Shown: in pieces, positions 38,153 through 50,995 of the stretch
Layout of the letters: every line of letters starts with the position of its first letter
Numbering within the stretch: position 1 is the stretch's first letter
DNA from: Eledone cirrhosa
Lineage: Eukaryota
Assembly (NCBI GenBank): GCA_964016885.1
Contig: OZ024742.1
Coordinates: 325,562,001 to 325,626,000 of the forward strand
Length of the DNA stretch: 64,000 nt
Direction: 5' to 3'
Made by a program: the position numbers and the translations under genes
Notes under the pieces: generated by a model
Told to the model about the DNA's origin: nothing
What the model saw: only the letters and a program-made list of their open reading frames with translations
Databases searched by the model: none

Positions 38153-40912
38153 CTAATGTGGAATAAGATAATAAGATTGATAGCAATTATTGTAGAATCA
38201 GTAGTTTATTCTATAATGGAGAGAAGGGCACACAGTCGTGTATAACGATTCATGTACTTTCTCGACTTTGGAGAGAAGAGAGGCAAAATCTAAACAGGTG
38301 TAGTTTGAATTCAGAATGTAAACAACTAAAATAATACATTAGCTTATTACATCTAGATGGAGGAAAGCCAAAGCCGAACTGCTTGAGGATGCATTCTCCT
38401 AATGAGGTAAAAAAGAAAAGAAAGCTGGTGAAATACTTAACGTTTATCCACCACGCCAGGATTAAAGATAACATGAAACGTGCACGCGGTACTTTACTTT
38501 ATCGCGTCCAAAAGGATGAAAGATGCAATGGAATTCGTCAACGTTTGAAGTCAGAAGCTAAACCGCTGGCAGGAATACGGTAAGGCATTTCTTTCAGCAC
38601 TAACGATTCTACCGATCCATATCACAACATCTAAGGTAAACACATTAAACATAGGGATAGTAGCTGTAGTAATGATAGTTTCTTTTTTCTGTACAAGGCC
38701 AACAGTTTAGGGAAGGTGTGTATGACGATTACATTGACTCCAGTGGCAGTAAAAGGATGGAAGGGACATATGACTTCCTAAAATTTTGAAGTCAGAATGC
38801 TGCAAAGTATTTTAACAGTCGTCTAAACGGCTCTGCGATATCAACGCCCTTTTAGGGGTACACATGATAACAATATTAATTGGATCATTAGTCAATTTAA
38901 CAATATCTTCTATTGTAAATGTAAGGTTATGTGAGTAAACGACGATTAAGATTAATTTTTAATTTGTTTTTTTACAGCATCCCCAACCTATATTGATGGT
39001 GCTGTTGGTTATTTAGTAACCCTCAAGTTTTCAGATACATATACAGCAATATATAACATTATTCTACACTTCCTTCTAGATTTGATGATGCAGGAGAATA
39101 TTTGGATTATGTCCATCTTTTATGTGTTGGAACTCACTGCTACTAATTCTCTATCGTCAATTGTCGCCCGATTCCTGCCATTTGAAACCAACTATTACTT
39201 TATTTTTCATAGTGTATCCACCCTCCTTCCAATATTTAGCCGTTCAAGTGAGATGTGTGCCACGTATTACTGCTATTTCTAGCAGGATTAACGGCCAGTT
39301 GGATATTCCTCCTTAGCTCATATATGTACAATTATATGTTGTGATTAGTTGAGAGTTGTGTTGTCCATTTCCTATTTTACAAAATATTCAAATCTTTCAA
39401 TATCGCTGTCATTGAAATAGTTTTATTGCTATGGTAAACTGAATTCTTTGGATATATGTTCATATGACTCAAACATTCAGTAAAGTAATGCTAGACGGCA
39501 ACAAAAGCATCAACAACAATAAAACAATAAACAGAACAATCAATATTTATACAAATCAACTTCCGCCTCATACTAAATTGCAGAAAGCATGCATATATAA
39601 CTAGGCTTGATATTTTAAACCATATTCAGTAGCACTTTCTGGCGGAAAAACGCTTTCTGCAAACACATTTGCTATGGTAACTCAAACGTTTATTACGTTG
39701 ATGGTTTAGAATATAGTTTATCGGGAAAGTAGTTTTAAACTACAAGACGGTTACAACTCACAAATGGAGATTGCTTCGATTGTCATTAAAATATATTATG
39801 ATGTTCATTGACGTCACATTTCACGTTGCATCTCATTATTGTCTATATTTGATTAATTCTTGCTGGAAGATAGTAAAGGTAAACATGGTAATATCTTATC
39901 TCTTTGAAACATAGCATAGATTTATGTTTTTCTTTTACAAAATATTCATATACATTCTGTATATAGCGGCAAACAAATTAGTCATATCACAGCCGATTTT
40001 CTAAAAAGACGTACAGAGGCATTTTTCACACCCCGAAAAAGGTTATGTGGTTACGTCTGCAGATCGCCCAGCAAAGGATTTTGTATATGTATCGTCCTGC
40101 ACTAACTACTTGGTAAAGATATCGATTCCGGTAAATGTGATATGCAGCCGTAGTAGGGTAGGTCTTAGACACGAAGAAATCATACCAATTTAGATATTAC
40201 AATTTATTTCCTCTTGCATATTACTAATACAACTTATTCCAATTAAAATTAAAATATCTATTTAAGATTATGCAAAATTGTATCTATGAAAATAGGATAT
40301 TGGCGTGTGAAAACTATATGAATTACTGGTATTTTATATTTAAAAAATAAAAATGAAATACAAATTAGCTATACCTAAATCTTGCATAATTAAAATGTAA
40401 TAGAATTAAATCTATATATTATGTCATAGAATCTATTATTATGTTGCATACAACTTCTTAGTTTTGTGTATTTATCATATCACTTCATGTGACTTTTCTC
40501 TATATATCTCTTTGCATTTATCTACATTTACTTTTATATCACAGAACAATACATATTGCACTAAGTTATGCTAATATGGTCGAGAGGCTCGTATTAAGAT
40601 GACTGTGAAATGCTGAGGAAGCCTCGAGTGAAGCAGTACCCTAGACTCCTACGTATAAGTATTGGTATCCATATGCTTCTTTTCTATATCACAATTATTG
40701 CCATTTCCTGAACTCATTTTGTACCAAATATACCAGTGGCAACCATCAAATATTAAAGGAAACTATTGATAAATAATGATACCCTACCTAATATTGATTT
40801 CTGCATCCATAGGCTGCTATATTTGGCTTATGAACCGCGTACTCCTTGACGGTATATCGAAGAGTAAAAAATAAAGCAAAAGTAATATGGTTAAGAAATT
40901 TAAATTGTAACA

Positions 40913-41300
40913 ATTGTTGTTGTTGTTGTTGTTGTCGCGCTGCTGCTGCTGTTGTTGTTGTTGTTGTTGTTGTTCTTCTTCTTCTTCTTCTTCTTCTTCT
41001 TCTTCTTCTTCTTCTTCTTCTTCTTCTATTTCTTCTTCTTCGCTCCCTTACTCCTGGGAGAGCCTTGTCGGCAGAATTATCAATCGCACATTCCAGCGCG
41101 TCCTACCAAAAGCAACTGTCCATTTCATCCTAATGTATCCCCAAGCGAAACCAGCAAAGCTGTCTGGTGTTATCCAACTATCTTATGCGGGGTATACCAC
41201 TGAGTGTTCAATCGGTCGGTTTTGCTCGTAAGATCTCTCCAATGATTCTTTTCCGGAACAATGTGACCACATGTCCATAGTATTGAAGCTTTAATCTCTA
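40913..41300 (-). pseudogene. RTE-like 3' end with (GAA)n/(CAA)n tail
   Basis: LQYYGHVV..GIPRIR*LDN on the minus strand, followed by trinucleotide tracts seen as (CTT)n/(GTT)n on +. Confidence 0.6.
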
Positions 41301-42229
41301 AATTCAGAGAAGTATCGCCTCTCACTGGAGCGACTCCCTGAACTTCGGGCTACGCATTCTTCTACAGTACTCACTAACGATTACCCCTCGGATGCAGTCG
41401 CAACATTCACATAAATTCTGCAACAATGCAATCATATTACTATATATGATACAATCTATACCGATTTACAACCACAGGGACAACAGTGAAATAGTATAAT
41501 CTGTCGTATTCTAAGGGGGCCTTTCTTTTAGCTAGCCCATGACGACCATCAGAAACTATATAGATGTTGTATGAAAGTACACACCTCCAATGACATATAC
41601 AGTGTGCAAATGGTGGTATATTTCAATTCCCATTGGTTATTGTTATTATAATAAGGACCCTCTACAAATGAGCAGTAGTACAACTGCGTATTTAAAGAAT
41701 TGAGAAAAGTTTAATGTATTGCTATGCTAAGACATGCTCATTCCACTCAGCAATTAAAAAATCTAATAGAAGATAACAATAACAACCACAACTTAAGACA
41801 ATTCGCTTTTCTTAGTCAACTTGTTCTATCAGAAACCATAAGGAAACTAAATATACTATTTTAACATTAATTCAGTTAAATTAGAGGCGAAAAGACATTT
41901 TCTATAAATTACAAATTTAATGCAAACATGTACATTTACTATTGTAACTCAAATATTAAATGCATTGTTCTTTTAATGTGAATGTATATTTGAAAAAGCT
42001 GAGATATTTCGAGACACTTGTGGCTAACTCATAGAGATTGTTTTCCTTTGTTTATTTCGTTATTATGTATCATGATAATGATTTTTGCCAAATTTTACGT
42101 TTCTTCCTTTCCTCTGAGTCATAGTAGCACCATATACAATTCTAAACAACAGAATTATATCACATATTTACAATCTTTACAATGCATTTATAACTTTAAT
42201 TATAATTTCTTTCAATCATACTCACACCC

Positions 42230-42326
<97 letters not shown>

Positions 42327-42327
42327 A

Positions 42328-42390
<63 letters not shown>

Positions 42391-42458
42391 AAATGTTTAA
42401 CCCCGCCGGCAGAGTCAAGCCGTTTCGACGGCTATTTCTGGACTAAATTACTATTTTA

Positions 42459-42535
<77 letters not shown>

Positions 42536-42728
42536 TAGAAAGAGAGAGAGAGAGAAAAAAGAGAAAGAGAGAGAGAGAGAAATGGTTTCTACAAGACTAG
42601 AGGTGTTTCCTTCGAAGGAAATCATCAGAAATCTGTTGTATATATTTTACTAATGTATTGAGTACCCTACTTACCCCCGATTGAACCCGGGACTCAGACA
42701 AACATACACACACACAGACACACGCACG

Positions 42729-42808
<80 letters not shown>

Positions 42809-43274
42809 TTCACTCAATTATTGATTGCTTGAATTTTGAAGATATATCTTTGAACTAACCTTTCACTTTAGCCACTCTGTCTCTCTGTGTTAAAGTAATC
42901 AAACATTTTTTCCTAAAGGCTGAAAACTTGTCAGCCATTTCATTAGTTTCTATTAATCAGAGTTTCATCAGATAAAGATTATTAAACGTATATCCGCAGA
43001 CCGATTTATAGCTTATAGCTATTTATCGTGTATAGTAATTAGGACTTGTGTAAAGCTTTCTATGAATAAATTATTTAATCCACGTCTTAAACAGATGCAC
43101 TGTTACTAACCAGCTTAGATAAATTCTAGTTTGTTTATACTTCGCATAAATAATTCTAGGCTATAAAACCCTCCGTGGTACAAAGATGCGCATTCGTTTC
43201 CTGATGAATCTCTTAAGTTCGAAAGTGCGCAGAATCATTACAGATCTATCATATATATATATATATATATATAT

Positions 43275-43875
43275 ATAAGTATGTTTTGAAACAGTGAGCG
43301 AGTTTGAAATTAGAAATTATAAGCTTTCACCGTATTTTTGACTAAAGAAATTTTTAGCCTGATAGTGGGGTTTAGAACGCTCAGAGAAATGGAAAAAAGA
43401 TTTGTATTGATGTACATGTGAGTCGAACCCACATCTTTTGTTATCCAGACCACTGAGCTACCATTACACCAACACATCACCTATCTCCTTCCATTCAAAT
43501 TAGAAGTTACATTCTTAGCAAGTAAATACTCATCTTTTTCCATTTCTCTGAGAGATCTAAACACCACTATCAGGCTAAACATTTCTTTAGTAAAAAAGAC
43601 GGCGAAAGCTCATTTTTCTAATTTCAAACTTACTGTTTCAAAACATACTAACTTGTCGTTTACTTGCTAAGAATGTAGCTTCTAATTTGAATGGAAGGAG
43701 ATGGGTGACGTGTTGATGCAATGGTAGCACAGTGGTCTGGATAACCAAAGATGTGGGTTCAACTCCCATGTACGTCAAGACTCATCTTTTTCCATTTCTC
43801 TGAGGGTTCTAAACACCACTATCAGTCTAAAAATTTCTTTAGTAAAAAATACGGTGAAAGCTTATATTTCTAATA
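43275..43875. repeat. Composite fold-back repeat with tRNA-like segment
   Basis: Internal direct and inverted copies. tRNA-like A/B boxes at about 43705-43778 (+) and 43407-43480 (-). A related piece lies at 14105-14272. Confidence 0.75.
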
Positions 43876-43889
43876 TATATATATATATA

Positions 43890-44985
43890 CATAAATATAA
43901 GTATGTATACGTACATACATATATGTATACAGACGTACAGTAGTATGTATATATATATACATACATGCACACATATATATATGTACGTATGGATTCACCA
44001 AAGATTTATTATAATGCTCGGTGTGTTTGTAAACAAACATCCCGTATTAAGCCGTAGTGTCTAGCAACCACCGTTGCTCGTTTGTTCAACACTGACAAAG
44101 GAACGCTGTACTAGTTTCAAGCTTGTTAGCTATCGCCAGCAACGTATACCTTGAACGTCCGAAAGTATATACTTTCCTTATGCATATTAACGGCTGAGTA
44201 GCCCAATTTGCATATCGAGTGGGTTAATCGGCCGGGTGCACCGAAAACGATAAACGGAAAAAATGAAACAAGCTTGAAAGTAGTACAGCGTTCCTTTGTC
44301 AGTGTTGAACAAACGAGCAACGGTAGTTGCTAGACACTACGGCTTAATACGCGTTGTTTGTTTACAAACACACCGAGCATGATAATAAATGTTTGGTGAA
44401 TCCATACGTACATATATATATGTGTGCATGTATGTATATATATATACATACTACTGTACGTTTGTATACATATATGTATGTACGTATACATACTTATATT
44501 TAAGTAACATCCGTACTGAGAGTGGGAAATGAAATTTCGTTTCATTTTTTGCGTTTATCGTTTTCGGTGCACCCGGCCGATTAACCCACTCGATATGCAA
44601 ATTGGGCTACTCAGCCGTTAATATGCATAAGGAAAGTATATACTTTCGGACGTTCAACTATCTGGCAGGAAGGTATATGTTGCTGACGATAGCTAACAAG
44701 CTTTAAACTGCTACAGCGTTCCTTTGTCAGTGTTGAACAAACGAGCAACGGTGGTTGCTAGACACTACGGCTTAATACGGGATGTTTGTTTACAAACACA
44801 GCGAGCATTTTAATAAATGTTTGGTGAATCCATACGTACATATATATATGTGTGCATGTATGTATATATATATACATACTACTGTACGTCTGTATACAGA
44901 TATGTATGTACGTATACATACTTATATTTAAGTAACAGCCGTACTAAGAGTGGGAAATGAAATTTTGTTTCATTTTTTCCGTTTA
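43890..44985. repeat. Multi-copy tandem/inverted array of the same unit, between (TA)n tracts
   Basis: At least three partial copies with orientation switches. Confidence 0.85.
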
Positions 44986-45001
44986 TATATACATACATAC
45001 T

Positions 45002-45082
<81 letters not shown>

Positions 45083-45204
45083 CGTTGAAAATGTTAGAAG
45101 GTTTAACAAGGCAAAATGGACTGTAAGATGAGGTAACGAAAACTAAAAGTTACCTAGTAATTTTTGTTTTCTTTTATTGTTGTTGTCGTTGTTGTTTTTC
45201 TTTT

Positions 45205-45960
45205 ATCTGTCCAATATTTCAGGACATCAATTCCCTTCATCACGGTTTAAGGAACCCTTAGTGCATAACCTTCCAATTTCTCTCTCTGGGATAACATTTT
45301 GATATTGATTTAACACTTTTCTAAGTCTTTTCCGCGTCTTTCGATGGTTTCTTCGCTTTCAACATGAAAGCCGTCAATTGCCAATAGTATTTCGCAAAAT
45401 CAATTTTCTTTTTTGTATGAGATGTTTAGTTTGTGTGCCTGTGGGTGTGTCTTTTTATGTCAAGAACTGTGTGCTGATTTCTAATCTATTATTTATTGGC
45501 GGGTTGAGTCTACGTATGAGCAAGGCTTCCTTAATTCTTAAGTTGCCCACATTCCTATCACTGGCTTTAATGGTAACAGTAATATGTTAGTTGCTTTTTC
45601 TACATTTGGCGATATGTTTTTTTGAATGAGGATGTGCGTGTGTTGAAATGTTCTTTAATGCGAATGTTGAGTGCTCGAGTCGTGCTACCAATGTAGATCT
45701 GCTTACATTTGATGCAGTCAATCCGGTATATCCCATATGTCCGCTGGAACATAGATGTATCACATATATGGCAGTTAGTAAGCGAGCATTGATTGCTTTT
45801 TAGACAGGGCCGGAGTGTTCTAACTATATATTCAGTCCTTCTTTGCGGATAGCTGTGGTAATTTTACGAAACAGGTGTTATAGGAGGTTTTATGTCTGTG
45901 GCGCCTTCGATTCTTACGTCGATTCATTGTAGATGTTGGGTATCCTTTCGTCTCCAGTAC
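45205..45960 (-). pseudogene. 3' fragment of a different PLE: GIY-YIG endonuclease relic plus 3' UTR
   Basis: Manual translation gives CSLTNCHIC..YGIYRIDCIKCKQIYIGSTTRALNIRIKEH and LRIKEALLIRRLNPPIN. A hammerhead-like motif follows downstream. Confidence 0.85.
45211..45245 (-). ncRNA. Degenerate minimal hammerhead motif downstream of the GIY-YIG relic
   Basis: CC-GUGAUGA-AGGG AAUUGAUG UCCU-GAAAUAUU-GG (C3 changed to G). Confidence 0.5.
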
Positions 45961-46033
45961 ATCTATGGAGTGTGAAGTGTGAGTGATCTGGTTATATATT
46001 ATATACAATGCTTCAAGCAAACTATAACATGTT

Positions 46034-46112
<79 letters not shown>

Positions 46113-46129
46113 AAATAAAGGTGTGGCAC

Positions 46130-46620
46130 ACGAGTTGTGATATATTAGTAAAAAGGAAAAGAAAATGCTGACAAATTTTTCCAAGTGAAGAATAGTTTAA
46201 TTAGGAATAAGTATACATTAGTCATAAGTATTAGTTAGTATTCAGTTTTAGTTTTAAGTTTTTATCGGTTGGCATTTGTTATGCTTTTCAAAAATAATTT
46301 TGAGATAGAGTGCTCGTGATTTTTGCTCTAATCTGATCTTTTTTGGAAATTCTTCCTGTTTTATGTGAAAAAAGTGGCTTGGAAGGTATTAAGATTTGGT
46401 TGGTTGTTGAATGTCATATGAGTAAGCACTATAAATTTCGCGCCAATTCGTGTTGCAAACATTCTTGTAGTCAAAACCATTTTGTCACGTGAATGTTTAA
46501 ATTGATTTTAGCGTGAGCTGGTTTCGCGCCAAATGGAGGTTTGTCGAAGAGTGTCCTTATCCGCTTGATTGAGTTGCAGTAATGTTGAGAGGTCAACAGT
46601 TCAGGTGTCTATTAAGACAA

Positions 46621-46662
<42 letters not shown>

Positions 46663-48545
46663 CAAAATGGTTCATTGTTGTGATAATGGAAATGAATCGG
46701 TCAGTAGGAATGTGTGTATACGTGTGTGTATGTGTGTGTGGGGGTTTATTTTAACATGTTGAAACATATTTTTCATCTCTTGTTTTATATGGAGAGGTTG
46801 TGTGTGTGTGTGTGTGTGTGTGTGTAAGTTGGTGTGTGTATGGATGGACCAGTATTTTCGTGGTACTGGTAAAAATGGCGTACATTATTCGATATTTTCA
46901 GTAATTTGCAAATACGATTCTCTCAGAAGAACATCAATAACATCAATAACAAAAGAGGTGAAATGATGTATAGGCGTGTGTGAGTCCAGATTGTACGTAC
47001 TGCAAGGGGAATCCATTAGGCCCTGACGTATCTGATACTTGCGTACAAATATGTATGCACCCATCAATGTGCAATACATGTATGTGTATGTGTGCGTGTC
47101 GGCACGTGTATATCTATAAACATCAGAAGGTATGCAAATGTGTGTATATTTGTGTTGCACCATGGATTATGTGTTTACGTATGTTATTGTGTTTATATGT
47201 GGATAGAAATGTATGTAGGAGTTATGCTGATGTAGGTATGTATGTTAACGTGTGTATGTTGTGGGTTCGTCTCAGGAAGAAGTGTTTAGGCGGGGGCCGT
47301 ATTTGTTAATAAAGTGAGGTTACTTGCTGATGCGCTGGATGTGGGTGGCATTGTCTTTAAATTTGTAGAGGCGAAAAATTGTAAAGTTGGGGTGATTTTG
47401 GGCGGCACAGGTATCAATGTGTTCAGTCAGTGCTATTTTTGTGTATCCCCGTATTTTCATTTGAGATCTATGGACAGTCATGCGTTAGCGGAGGTTGTTT
47501 TTAGTCTCGCCTATGTATTGTTCTCGACAACGTGAGCAAGTTAATACATATATTAGGTTTTCTGATGCGCATGTGAAATTGTGTTTTACTATAAAAAGTT
47601 GTCCTTGTTTGAAATAGCGTTCCGAACCCTGTATTAGGTTCATGCATATACCACAGTTGGCTCTATCGCATTTTACTTTACTGTGGCTTTCGTTGTTGTG
47701 GTTGGCACTAATTTGGCATGTGTTAAGATGTTTTTCATTGACTTAGATTGTCTTTTGTTCTTTATAATATCGTGTGTTCGAAGGATTTGGTTCATTCTAT
47801 GGTCCTTTTTCAATACAGGGATGTTCTGGAGGATGGTGTCAAAGGCCTCATTGTTGAGGAGGTTGTGTGTGGAGATGGTATGGAAGAGCTTTTAGTTTCG
47901 CTTGATTAATTTTAGGGTGTCTAAAGTACTGAGATTTAGGGCACGTTGGATTTCATTGTCAATTAGTGATACAGGGTAGTCCCTGCTTATGAGTGTGTCT
48001 TTTAGTTCTTTTAGACGTAAGTAGACGTAAGGTGTTTTGTATTGGAAATTATAGTACAGATTCTCTTGGCTATGTTGTAGGGAAATATTAATTTTAACGT
48101 GTCTAGAGTGGCATGAATTGAAAGGAAGGTATTGCTTGCTGTCTGTGGGCTTGTAGTATATGTCTGTTTCTATTTTTTTGTTATGAATCTTAATGAGGAT
48201 GTCAAGGAAGGGGAGTTGTTGGTGGCTGTATTCCATTGTGAAATTAATATTCATGTGGAGCCCATTTATAAGGGTGTGAAAGTTTTAAGTTTCTCGATGT
48301 TTTCGTGCCAAAGGATGAAGCAGTTATCTAGATATCTCTTCCAGTCCTTTTCTATGTGTAAGTGGAGAGTGTTTCCAAATTTGTTTTGTACTTTAGTGTA
48401 GAGGGTGATTTCCAGGTATTCCATGACTAGCTTGGCATAAGTGGGGGCCGTTTTCGCTTCCATATCGGTCCCAGATTTCTGCCTATAGAATTTGTTATTG
48501 AAAACGAAGTAATTATTCTCCAAGATAAATTTGAGTCCTATCACT
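46130..48545 (-). pseudogene. Degraded 5'-truncated PLE related to the 19.7-25.6 kb element
   Basis: GLKFILENNYF..YRQKSGT, APTYAKLVM, WKRYLDNC and FTMEYSHQQLPFLDILI..YYKPTDSKQYL align to ORF2. Broken by frameshifts. 3' UTR shares motifs such as ataaatttcgcgcca. Confidence 0.88.
46259..46294 (-). ncRNA. Degenerate homologue of the variant hammerhead in the relic PLE
   Basis: UUUU-UUGAAAA-GCAU AACAA AUGC-CAA-CCGA-UA-AAAA. Stems are preserved by compensatory changes; GAAA is damaged. Confidence 0.55.
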
Positions 48546-49246
48546 AATTCTGTTTTGCATCAATGAACTCCCACAATGCATCAAAAAAGAATTTGTGGAG
48601 TGAATTTGGGGAGCGAGATTTGCGTTGATTGGGTTTTGAATCATCTTTGAACACAACAAAATTATGTAACATACAAAAAGCATCAAGAAAAAAAAACATG
48701 GATTAAATTATGTAGTGTTTACAATATATAATATGTAATCTCAATTCGGCCGCTGTCATACCTCGGCTGCCTGCACCTCGAGTGGCACACATACAATTCA
48801 CAACCACCCTCTTACTATATTGAAAGATACGTACCTTGACAATATATAGCACCTCAAGAGTATGTGATGAAGCCCAGTTGCGCATCCTTTTGTAATATTG
48901 TTGATATTAATTTCTACTGTTTCATTAATTGATATATCGAGATGATAATTTCCGAATTTCAGTAACATAATTCTCAAAGAAATTAGAATCTAAAAATTAC
49001 ATAAAAATTAAATCGTGTGATGTTTTATTTAATATAATACATCAATATTTCAGTGACGTATTGAGTATTCTTCATGTTTCTCTGTCGTATTATTCTACAC
49101 AACTACTATCAAAAAGTGTCACTAAAACAGGTAAATGCTGAAGCATTAATTAATAACTGGCCATATACTCGCTATAATGTTTCACTAATTTTTCAGTAAA
49201 TATATCTTGTTAATAAAACGATAAATTGACAGAGTCGTTAGAACTT

Positions 49247-49452
49247 TGGCAGTATCGGTAGAGCGTCGGACATCATGCTTTGCAGTACAGACTTATGGCC
49301 CTTTACGTTCTGAGTTCAAATGCCGCCAGGGTTAGCTTTGTCTTTCATCCGTGCGGCGTCGATAAAATAAAGCACCAGTAATGCACTGGGGTCGATTTAG
49401 TCGATCTTTCCTTTACCCGAAATGTATGGCCTTGTGCCTATAATAGAAATAA
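49247..49452 (+). mobile_element. SINE (same family)
   Basis: tggcagtatcggtagagc..gagttcaaat..gtcgataaaataaagcaccag. Confidence 0.82.
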
Positions 49453-50129
49453 TTAGAAGAGGAATGTAGTCAATTTAATACACAACAACACTTGACTATT
49501 ATTAAAGGTACCGATGCCTTGCCAGCCTTGATTTAAAACTAGACACAAAGGAAGTAAATAGATATGGAAATCAGTTAAGTCGGTGCTGTAATATTCTTTG
49601 TAAGCCACCGTATTCCTTAATGGAAGGAAATGCTGCCAAGGTTTTTTTTATGTCTTTTAGCCTTGTAGAACCTCTTCAAAGATTACTTGGCATATTAAAA
49701 ACGTCGTGCACCATAGCCATCCAATGAGGTTCAATTCATCTCACGTATTTGCAATGGGCTGCCAACCCCATCCGCCTACTATATCCGAGTTACAATTCAT
49801 TAATCAAATTGAGTTTATAGAAGAAGTCACTTGCAACGGGATCATGTCGCAAATTTAGCTCATAAAATAAGAGTGGGCAATGCAGTATTATCAGAGTAAA
49901 AAGACATTTTTCAACCATTACTTTAAAGGTTGATGATGTTGAATCAACGAGTGTACTCTCTACGCGGTCATTGACTGGGCTGGAAGATGTAGGTGAAATT
50001 TAACTAAGTAATACATTATAGTTAACAAAATAGGAACACATTAGAGTGGAGAATCTGCTCATATATATATATATATAAAAGGGCAGATCCTAAACACTAT
50101 AGATCTTTCCTGCAATCAGACGTGGACAC

Positions 50130-50860
50130 AATACAGCAATGGATCATGGATTGGCAACTCAAGCTGGTTGTGTACAAGTGTAGCATTATGCATTTGGGAG
50201 GAAAAAGCCAGCATCCACATACTCCCTCCACTCCATTAATATCAAAATGTCTTCTTGTGAACGTAACCTGGGCATTACTGTTAGCAGCGATTTGAGTTGA
50301 ACAAAGGACATCTCTAAAATTGTCAAGAAGGCCGAGGGTGTCTTAGCATGACTCAGCAAGACCTTTGTTAACCGCTCTCCAGCTACCTATTTAAAACTAT
50401 GTATAGCTATGGTACGGCCACAATGAGAATTTGCATCACCAGTATAGAACTCCTACATTGCTCACAACAATGACCTGGAAACGTTTCAATGACGTGCAAC
50501 CAAGTGAATACCCTCTATCAGGCATCTACCATACTATGGACGCCTTGCCTCCATAGGGAATGCATACATTGAAGCTCCGACGTCTGGCAACTGATTTGGT
50601 AAACAGCAACAACATTAAGCATCTTGCCAACAACAACTCTGAGTACCTATTTGAATTCCATGTGTCTAACACCCTTGGACATGCCCACAACGTCAGAAAA
50701 CAGCATAGCTCCCATGACTTTCGGAAGCATTTTTTCACTCTCAGAGTTGCTGAAGAGTGGAACAAACTACCTGCATCAATTGTTAGCTCTCAAGACACTA
50801 CATCCTTTGAAACCACCTTGCTTCGAAACATTCGCCAAAACTACACCCGATTCACCCCTC
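50130..50860 (+). pseudogene. 3' fragment of CR1/L2-group LINE
   Basis: LCIAMVRP..EFASPV and GHAHNVRKQ..FRKHFFTLRVAEEWNKLP C-terminal motifs, with stops. Confidence 0.8.
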
Positions 50861-50918
50861 TCTTCCATACACACGCACACATGTATATTATGACTCAAAC
50901 AATGCTCACTTTCCTGAC

Positions 50919-50995
<77 letters not shown>

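Noticed and set aside
40846-41231. ORFs with poly-C/V/L/S/F runs
   Set aside because: Produced by (GTT)n/(CTT)n tracts at an RTE tail.
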